Assembly: GCA_016748015.1 (NCBI GenBank)
Contig: JAAOMT010000236.1
Location: 10,157-74,156, forward strand
Origin: Geosiphon pyriformis uo1
Taxonomy: Eukaryota; Fungi; Glomeromycota
Reading direction: 5' to 3'
DNA: 64,000 nucleotides
Shown: positions 38,409 through 48,900 of the stretch, piece by piece
How the letters are laid out: each line of letters starts with the position of its first letter
How positions within the stretch are numbered: the stretch's first letter is position 1
Notes under the pieces: generated by a model
Told to the model about the DNA's origin: nothing
Seen by the model: only the letters and a program-made list of their open reading frames with translations
The model's database searches: none
Program-made: the position numbers and the translations under genes

Positions 38409-39251
38409 TATTACTCATAAAATATAAGAAGAATATTAATATATAAAATAGCCAATCAGAGATAAATATAGTAAATATAGAATTTTAAAATTTCTCTCAG
38501 AAAAATTGCAGGATTCCAAAAATTTCAAGATTCTCATATAAGAAATTGCAAAATTGCAGAATTTTTCTCAAAGAAATTGCAAAATTCCAGAAATTTCAGA
38601 ATTCCTGGTAAGAAAAATTGAGGAATTAAAAAATCTCAATTATGTATATATAGCAGTAGTAGTAAAAAAAAGAACAGATCTCTCAATTTAGATTTAATTT
38701 AAGCAATCTCTTATATCACAAATATCAATAAATAATTCACTTTCTCAAATTCATTCTCTATTATCAATGCTTTATGTTGATAGTAATCAATACTTAACAC
38801 ATTGGAACAATAGCTCTTAATTATGGCTATTGATAAAATACTAACTTGCAAATTGCCTTGGCTTATTTTCTTTATCATTTTCTTTATTTTTTTTATTTCT
38901 TTTTGTTTTATTAATTAATTAATGATTAAAAAATGCTGAATTATAAACGTTATAGGGACTGGTAAAAGACCCATAAAACAAGGGTAGAACACTCATAATT
39001 GAGGATAGCTTACCAGAAGAATTACTGGCCACCATACTGAAAAAAAAATTTGATAGAATTGCAATTCTAAGAAACTACTGACACAACAATTGAATCTCTG
39101 TTCATTATACAAAAAACTCAACCAAAACCTTCAGACAACCAAAACTTTCAGATACAAACAATTTTTAGATATTACTAATGTCAACAAGCAAATTAGCACT
39201 AAGTTATAAGTTTGTTATTTGATTTGAGACCCTAAATAATTATCTGTAACA
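38409..39251 (+). repeat. 3' LTR of E, preceded by a decayed polypurine tract (38394-38408)
   Basis: Direct repeat of 29270-30128 with mostly transition differences. Confidence 0.95.
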
Positions 39252-41439
39252 ACATCAAAATTTCAATATACAACACAACCAGAAACTTTATAGAAATATC
39301 AAGTAAAACTACTATCAAATACTTAAGTACTGAAGTTGAAAACCAATTACCAATCATTATTTCAAATTTTTTACAACTGTATAGATATGTGGATATTATA
39401 TTACAAACTATATATAAACAAGAAAAATATTATTTCTTATAATCAGAACAATTAAAACAAATAAACTTGAGAAATTAAAACCTATTTTAATATATGCAAC
39501 TTAAGATACTACTCAACAATTTCATTAATATCTTTGCCAATAAAAACAAATTTGGTAGAACTGATATTATACAACACCAGATTAAAATAAAAATGATATG
39601 TTAATTAAACAAAAAGCATACAAAGTACTATTTGCTAATCATAAGATTATTCAACAAGAAATTAATTAAATGTTGAACAATAAGTTAATTCAACTATTAA
39701 TGAGTTTATGGTTATTATCAGTAATATTTGTTCAGAAGAAGAATAAAAAAATCTGCTTTTGTATAAATTATAAAAAACTTAACAGTATTATTTATAGAGA
39801 CAGCTATTTAATTCCATAGATTCAAAAACTATTTGACATTTTTGGAGGAAAAAAATAGTTTTCAACATTGGACTTAAATAGTAGTTACTAACAGATAGTC
39901 ATTAATTCAGCTGATAAAAAAAAGACAGCATTTACTATCAAAGAAAAAATTTTGAATTTAGTATTATTTTATTTGGCTTAATTAATATTCTAACTATTTT
40001 TCAACATCTCATGAAAATTGTTTATACAGAATTACTATGAAAATTAGTAATAGTTTATTTTGATAACATTAATATATTTTCAAAAACATTTAATGATTAT
40101 CTTTATTATTTTTAATAAGTGTTTAAAAGATTAAAACAAGTAGAGCTAAAGTTAAATGCTATTAAGTATTTCTTTAGAAAAACTAAACTCAAGTTATTGG
40201 AACATATTGTGAGCAAAAACAGCATAAAAACAAATTCAAACAAGATTAAAATAGACAAAAACTTCTTAATACTAATAAATTTAATAAAATTAAAAGCATT
40301 TTTAGAATTTACTAGATACTATTATCACTTTATCTAAAATTTCTTCAAACTGGCTCAACTATTCTACTAGTTTCAAGCAAAAAACATTAAATATAAATAG
40401 ACTAAAAACCAACAAAAACTTTTCAATATTTTAAAAAAAAAGCTTGTTTAAGTCTCAGTATTAATCTATTCAGATTATAACAAGTCATTTATCATTATTA
40501 CTAATATATCTAATTAAGTATTAAGAGCTATATTATTACGAAAAAAAACAAATAGATAAGAACATCTAATAAAATATGTCAGCCAAAGTTTGAGTTCAGC
40601 CAAAAAAAACTATAGAACTTCAAAATTAAAATACTTAGCTATTTATTAGACTGTTGTCAAATAAAAAAAATACTTAAACTAAAAGTTTGATATATATATA
40701 GATTACAAAAAATTAACATTAATCCAAAAGCAAAAATTTGGAGATAATTACTATGTAAAATAAAAAATAAAACTATTATTATTTAATTATATTGTATATT
40801 ATAAAAAATAAAAAAAAATACTAATACTAATAGTTTGTTATGAATAAGACAAATCTAAACATTTTAATCCAAAAATATAACAAAAAATAAATATACAAAA
40901 ATATTAACAACTCCAACACTATATTAATACTTAACAGTTTAAGAAAAAATTATCTCATAAAAAACAAAACAACATAAAACAACAATCAAAACATTTTATT
41001 ATTTACTAAAATATACTATATTAAAAAAACAAAAAATATTTAAACGAGTCACTTAAAGTAATTACAGAATCAGAAAAAGAAACAATACTGTTTAACATAC
41101 ACTCAGATTTAGTAGCAAACTATTTTTATAAAAAAACAACCATAGAAAAAACCAGAAAAAAATATTACTGGCCATTTATGTATTCAAAAATTATCTAATA
41201 TATTTAAAATTGTGATGCTTATCAAAAAAAAGAGAAACAAGATCCAATAAACTGTTAAGACCAATTAAAATAAGACAACTATTTGATTAAATTAGAATTA
41301 ACTTAGTGAAACCATTAACTATAATTAGTAACAACAATTAATACATAGTAATAATCATGAATTATTTCACAAAATAGCCAGAAACAAAAGCAATTCAAAA
41401 AGCAAATACAGAATTTATAGCTGAATTCATTTACCAAAA
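39252..41439 (+). mobile_element. Copy D segment 2 (RT, RNase H, integrase N-terminal half)
   Basis: Degenerate VELKLNAIKYFFRKTKLKLLEHIVSK and related segments colinear with E/F. Confidence 0.88.
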
Positions 41440-42377
41440 TATTACTCATAGAATATAAAAATTAAATATTAGTATATAAGCCAATCAGAATAGATATAGT
41501 AAAAGTGGAATTTCAGGATTTTTTTCAGAAGAATTGCAGAATTCCAGAATTATAAAATTCTCATATAAGGAATTACAAGATTTTTGGAATTCTAAGATTT
41601 CTAGCTAAAGAATTGAGAAATTCAAAAATCTTATACAATAAAATTTATGTATATATAGCAGTAGTATTAGAAGCTAAAAAAGAAGTCAATTAAACTCCCA
41701 GAATTAATTAGACTTTCAGAGTTAATTAGACTCACAAGTTATAATTATTAAATACTTCTTTTTTCAAAAATAGTTATTATCAACCAAAATAGAATTTTAT
41801 CAATAAAATATCTCTTCAATTTTTTAAATTCATATTATTATCTACTACTTAATCTGCTAGCACAATAGCTCTTGATCATGGTTATTGACAGGACACTTAT
41901 TTCTTATTTTATTTTTTTTATTTTTTTATTTTTTTTATTTTTTTTTATTTTCTTTTGTTGTTCACTAAATTAATTAAAAAAATTAAACACTAAGTTATTA
42001 ACATTAAGGATAGTCTGATAAAAGATCCAGAAATAAGAGTATAAAATTTATAAATTAATAAATAGCTTACCAGAAGGACATGACTGCCAGAATAAACCAG
42101 TCATCACACTAAAGAAAAAAATTTGACAGAATAACTATTCTGGAAGGCTATGAACACTAAAACATACCAACTCAAAGGTTGGAAAAGAAAATTAAAAACA
42201 TCACACCAAGATATTAACATTGAATTTCTGTCTATTATACAAAGAACTTAATCAAAACTTTCAAATTATAAAAACCTTCAAATACAAAATCTTTAAAAAC
42301 AACATTATTATATTAATTAAACACCAAAGTTACAGATTTGTTATTTGTTTCTAAATCCCAAATAATTACTTGTAATA
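41440..42377 (+). repeat. Solo LTR (family A variant) in the D integrase, 5-bp TSD CAAAA
   Basis: TATTAC...TGTAATA termini, CAAAA at 41435-41439 and 42378-42382, and host integrase codons continue across it. Confidence 0.92.
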
Positions 42378-43504
42378 CAAAATTTGATTTGTTGATATAG
42401 ATATCCAAAAAAATTGTTATCAAACCAGAAAATCCACTTTATGAACAAAATATTAACAAAATTAAGCCAAAAATTTGGAATTAAAAGACTATTATTATTA
42501 TCATATTATGTATAAACCAATAATTTAGTCAAAAAATTTAACAGAATATTGTGCAAAATAATAACCAAGATTAACCAAAAACATCAAGACAAATAAGATT
42601 TATTTATACTACCAGTATTATTTGCTTATTGGACAATAAAGCAAAATACTACACAAACAATATTATTTGAACTAGTCTATATTAAAACAGCAATATTATA
42701 GTTAAAATATATATTAATATATATCTAACAAAACCAATAACAGAAGCTAACTTTTAAAAAACATTGCTAAAAAAAACATATAACTTAATAGAAACTTTAA
42801 AAAACAAAAGACAAAAAACAGTTAATAACATATATAAATTACAAACAAAACAAAAAAAATAACATGATAACCAATTATCAGATAAACTAGTCAAATTTAA
42901 GATTGGGAACAAAGTACTTTTATATTGTATCAAAGTGAAAAAACAATAGAATAAAAAATTTGATTTCAAATAGAACAGACTATTTTATATTTAAAAAATT
43001 CTAGGAAATAGAGCTTATAAATTAAGATAAACAACAAAATTTTAACTAAAGTAACACATAAAAATTAACTAAAATTATAATACAATATAATATTATTATT
43101 TACCAATAATATTCCACAATTGGAAATACAATAAATACTAATTCAACCAGATGAGATTCCACAAAATCTAAAACCAGTTATAATTATTGATACAAACATG
43201 TCAAATTGATCTACAAAAACAGTATATAAAAAATTAATATATACAATAAAAGCAAGTAGAAAAATGAAAATTACTGACAATATTTTCTCATTTGTACAAC
43301 AATTATTACAACTTATTTAACATCAAAAATCAAGTCTAGAAATCATTATTAACAAACAAGCAATCTAAAATAAAAACAAAAGAATAAATCAAAAATCTCA
43401 AAGAAAAAAACAATATTCCAGATATTATATTTCTGGAAATCCAGTAAACAAAATAATAGAAAAAGTGGAAAAGACTCTAAAAACTTCAAGAATAGTGATA
43501 TCAG
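42378..43504 (+). mobile_element. Copy D segment 3 (integrase C-terminal half, start of ORF3 at 43264)
   Basis: LGNRAYKL, NLKPVIIIDTNMSN*, then MKITDNIFSFVQQLLQL. Confidence 0.85.
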
Positions 43505-44475
43505 TATTACTAGTAGAATTTTAGCTATTAATTAGCATGAAATTACCTTCATAATTCCTATTATATATTAGCATATATTATTATCATTTCGATTATTACT
43601 TATTACTTAATCAAATTATCAAATATTATTACTCAATTAATAACCCAATTTGTACCATAAAAATTAAAATAATCAAATTACACAATACTCTGAACCATTT
43701 AATATAGTTAAAATTCGCCGAAATTGATAAAAATTCGCCGAAATAATCAATAGTTTGTAGAAATAACTTGTAGTTCACCAAAATATATCTTTAGTTTGCC
43801 AAAATTAAAGCAAAGAAAAAAGTGCAAGTTCAAAGACTAATACTACAACAAGTTGTATAAAAAAAGAGCTTTTCTCTTCAAGAAAATGTATTTTCTTATA
43901 TCATAGTATAGTATTTTACTTTAGATATCTTAATTATAACAAATCATCTTTTACAAAAATCAAATAAAAATTAAAATATTCCAAAACCAAATCCTTAAAT
44001 TATTACACTTAAAATTCTCTTAGCACAATTAACGTTTTGAAATTGATTAACTACCAATTTCAATAAACTGTTAGTAACTTTAGGTCTGAATAGAAAATAT
44101 TTCTCTTGATAAAATCTTATTTTTTTTACATTTCTTTTATTTTTTCTTTCTTTTCTTACTATAATCATTAAAGTAGTCTGCAGACAAAATTTCTGTAGAA
44201 AAGTTAACTTTCACAGCAAAAGTAACTACATATTTTTAGTAAACTTTTAGATAAGCAATTTTTAAGAAGGAGTTGACATTTATTACAACATAACTACACA
44301 AAAAAACTGGCATAGAATTGGTCATTTTACTTATAAGTTCAGCAGTTCAAATTATAGAAGATAATTTGTAAATAAATTCAGTTATTGGAGGTTCAACTGC
44401 TTCCAAAAAACATAAAATTAGCAACAGACAAACATTAACAACATTCAAAAAAAAGACCAAAAATCTCTGGTAACA
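43505..44475 (+). repeat. 5' LTR of C
   Basis: TATTACTAGTAG...CTCTGGTAACA, repeated at 53245, 44948(-) and 748(-). Confidence 0.95.
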
Positions 44476-44477
44476 TT

Positions 44478-44490
44478 TGGTGCTCTCTCA
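44478..44490 (+). promoter_or_regulatory. Primer-binding site of C
   Basis: TGGTGCTCTCTCA, 2 nt after the LTR. Confidence 0.85.
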
Positions 44491-44947
44491 CAGAAATAAC
44501 ATAGCAACAGCAAATTTAAAGTGGTGACCACACCAAACACAATAACTCTAAAATATTATCAATCAATTTACATTTACTGCAAGCAAAGATTCAACATCTA
44601 AGACGGAATTGAAATTTTTAAGAAATCACTATACCAATATATTAAAAACTGCATCAACAATTATCTTTTTGGAAACTACAATATTTCAAAAGTCAGAAAC
44701 AACTTTTACAATATTTTATTGTACTATTTACTATTGGGAACTAAAGATCATAACAGTGAAACACTTGTTACCTACTTTCAAGAATTTAACTTTAACATTA
44801 TCCAGTACTGTAAAAAAAAGTATCTAGTACAATCCAAATACTTTTTTGACTTTGAATCAGAAACAGAGACAAGCAACAAAGGCAAAAAAAATTGAAACAA
44901 CACTCAAAAACTGTTCCAAACACTCCAAAAATACCAAAAACAACTGC

Positions 44948-45919
44948 TGTTACCAGAGGTTTTTGGTCTTTTTTCTTGAATGCTATTAATGTTAATTTGC
45001 TGTAAATTTACATTTTCAAAAAGTAGTTGAACCTTCAGTAACTGAATTTATCTTCAAATTATCTCCTATAATTTGAACTATTGGGCTTATAAGTGGAATG
45101 GCCAATTTCTTGCCAGTTACTTTATGTAGTTTTATTGTAGTAAACGTCAACTCTTTCCTAGGAATTGCTCATCTGGAAGCTCACTAAAAATGTGTAGTTA
45201 CTTTGCTGTGAAAGTCAACTTTTCTACAGGAATCTTGTCTGTAGGCTACCTTAATAATTATAATAAGAAAAGAAAGAAAAATAAAAAAAATATAAAAGAA
45301 ATAGAATTTTATCAAGAAAAACGTTTTTCTATCCAGGCCTGGAGTCACTAACAGTTTATTGAAATTGGTAGCTAATCAATTTCAAAACGTTAGTTGTGTT
45401 GAGGGAATTTCAAGTGTGATAATTTAAGAATTTGGTTTTTCGAATATTTAATTTTTATTTGAATGTGTAAAAGTGATTTGTTTCAATTAAGATCTCTAAA
45501 GTAGAATGCTATAGTAAGATACTATAAGAAGATACATTTTCTTGAAGAGAGAAGCTCTTCTTTTATATAACTTGTTGTGGTACTAGTTTTTGAACTTGCA
45601 CTTTTCTCTTTGCTACAATTTGGGTGAACTTAAGATATATTTCAGCAAATTTACAAGTTATTTCACTGAACTATTGATTATTTCGGCAAATTTTCATTAA
45701 TTTCGGCGAATTTTGACTATGTTAAATGGTTCAGGGTATTGTGTAATTTGATTATCTTAATTTCTAGAGTACAAATCGGATTATTGATTAAGTAATGATA
45801 TTTGATAATTTGGTTAAATAATAAGTGATAATCGAATTAATAATAATGTATGCTAATTAATAATAGGAATTATAAGGGTAATTTCATGCTAGTTAATGAC
45901 TAAAATTCTACTGGTAATA
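44948..45919 (-). repeat. Antisense solo family C LTR inside C gag, 4-bp TSD CTGC
   Basis: Reverse complement of the C LTR, with CTGC at 44944-44947 and 45920-45923. Confidence 0.95.
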
Positions 45920-48900
45920 CTGCCAAATACTTGCAAACACCTGAACAAGGAACCAGCATTAAATTATCACTTTTTATTATACCATTTCCAATTTCACTTG
46001 CTCAACTATAAACACCAAGTTTACCACTTATCTGTTTCTTCAGACCAGAAGATTTTCAGTCACCTAAAAGTCTTACTCAACAGCAAAAACCAATATCAAC
46101 CAGCACTAATATTATTAATTATTTACAAGAAAATAAAAGTAATCATTCAAAAAACTTAGAAAGTAAAGAAACTAAATTAGAACAAGTAAACTACAGAAAA
46201 TGAAAAAAAATGACAACTGTTTATATTGCAAAAATTCCAAAATTTACTGGTGAAAATAATGATACCAGTTTTCAAAAATGGCTTGACAAAGTCCAGAAAG
46301 CAGAAGATGCAAATAAATAAAATACAGCAAAAATGTTCAAAGCAATTTCATACTTTCTTCAAAAAATTATAGGAGAATAGTTTGAAAACTTAGAAGAACC
46401 ATTTGGAAACTGGCAAGCATTCAAAAATGCTTTCTTACAACAATTCACTAACAACAACACTTTTATCACTCTCCAAAATCACTTTTACAATATCAAACAA
46501 GAAACATCTAAAACTGTTATAACCTATCTTGGAAGATTTAATAATCTTTTTAAACAAATTTGACTATTTGAAATCAATTAATACTATTTCAATGCCCAGA
46601 TTTTGGATCAGTTTATAGCAGAATTAAAAGACAAATTGATCAAAAAAGTTTGCTCACCTGCTCTAGAAGACTTAGCAATAGTTATTAGATATGCAAAAAA
46701 CTATAAAATGGCAATAGAAGAAGCAAATCATATCAAACTTGTAAATCTTGCTATTAAAGAAACCAGCTCAGCAGCTGAAGAAAAAATTGATCAGCTTACA
46801 AAAAAGGTTGAAAACTATCAACAACAGCAATAACAAACACAAAAATATTAACCACCACAACAACAAAACCAAACCAACTACCCATTATTATTAAACAATT
46901 AAAACCAAAGTTGTCATTATTGTGGAATTCTAAGACATTGGAAACAAGACTGCAAAAAACTACAAAAAAACCAACAAAACAGGAATAATTAATGTTACTT
47001 TTCAACATAGCAATTTCATTATCAGTCTTTACTATCAGTCTACTATTTTTCAAGACCCCAACAACAAAACAGTTACTATCAACCTTCTTCCCACCAACAA
47101 TATTAATAACCTTCACCAATTCAACAGTATCAACAGCCACTTATACAACAATATTAAGTACCTGTTCAAAAATTGATTTAACAAAACCAATTCACACCCC
47201 AAAATTAATTCCATAATAATAATAACAGAATCAACTCAAACAACTAGTTGGTTTCTCGAAATTCTGGTCAGTAAAGACCCAATTATTACCACACTCAATC
47301 CAGTTATCTTACAATACCAAAAGAATCAGATTTTTAACAAACTGCACTTTCTAAAGATAAAGTTGCAGCACCAAAATTAAACCTTTCCAACAATACTATT
47401 CTATTAGTCCAAATTGTTCAAAATACCAACCTTTCAGATATATTTCTATTTGAATTTGAAGCCAATGAATCACCATTCTTGCTTAGCAATGCAGCTGTTA
47501 ATGAGCAAAAAACAATCACTGCTATATATACTAAAGCTAAAGTGAAAGGAAAACAAATCTGCTTAATTCTAGACAATAGATTAGCTAAAAGTATTATTAT
47601 TACCTACCAACTAATGCAACAACTCAACCAAAATATTGACAGACCAGTCCAAACAGTAATTATTATAGCTGATAGTATGAAGAAAACTTCAGTAGAAGAA
47701 ATTGATAACTTTCTTTTCACAGTTAATAAAATTACCATTTCAGTCAAAGTTTTAGTCATAAATGTACCTTAATACCAAGCTTTTGTTGGAAATGATTGGT
47801 TTCTTAAGACCAATGCAAATTTAGATTGGGAAATCCAGGAATTGAAGATTTCGTATTAAGAACAATATACCAAAGTACCTACCACCTGTAGTACTTTTAA
47901 TAAAAAATATGAAAAAGCCTTAGTATTCGAATTTGAAGAAGAGAAAGAACTACCAATCACTAAAACCTTTATGGCTCTTGGATTAACATCCAATTGGGCT
48001 GAGAAACAGAACAAGAACTCTTTGAGGAAACCAGAAAATAGAATATAGTTAGATATTTTACATTAGAACCATAGAAACAACCATCTTATATCCTACTTAA
48101 ATGCAAAGATTGCAGCAAGAAACTTTTATCAATGGGAGCATGTATCTCCTCAGAAGAAAAATATGAAGCTTGTACCTATTACTACTGTAAAGCATGCCAT
48201 AAAAAATGATTTGGATATTCCAAACAAAATAGAAAATAGGACAACACTTCTTGTCTTACATACAAAAATATGTTATCAGAAGAATACAACTGAATTGATG
48301 TTGCAATAAAAAGAGAAGTATGTAATCAAACCTGTCAATATGCTCTATTAATCTCAGAAAAAGTGAGAAGAAAAATACTTTTTGATACAACATACAACAG
48401 TGTTTTTAACAAACTCTACCATTATCCTTATAATGCTGAAATGATCTTTGATTTAGCAATGGCTTTAATCAATAAAGCCACACAAAAAGATGTTTGCCAA
48501 ATAAAAGAAGCTAAGTATATTAAATACACAATATAATTACCTAAATTTAACTATAAAGATAAAGTAAAAACATATCACCAGATTACAAGTCATACTTATC
48601 TAACCCAAAAAGCTCAAATTCAATGATTGAAGCAAATAAATATTCAATTGTATGAAGAATACATCATGCTTTGTAATGACAAATAGTGTTCAGAATGCTA
48701 TGCTCTTAGCATCTCTTTACTTAACAAAAATGACTAGGAGAAAATTGAGTTTAAAGAATCTAGGCTAGTAGAAAAAATTACAATAACTCCAATTTATCTT
48801 ACTAAAAATTAGTCTGTTATACAACTTAAATACTTTGACAACAATGGACAAAGAATAAAACCAAAAAAAGCCCACGATATAGATGTTGAATATGATCTAC

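Larger units (their letters stand above)
29270..39251 (+). mobile_element. Full-length Ty3/Gypsy copy E (family A, about 10 kb) with 4-bp TSD ACAT
   Basis: Paired LTRs, ACAT at 29266-29269 and 39252-39255, PBS, PPT and all internal domains. Confidence 0.97.
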
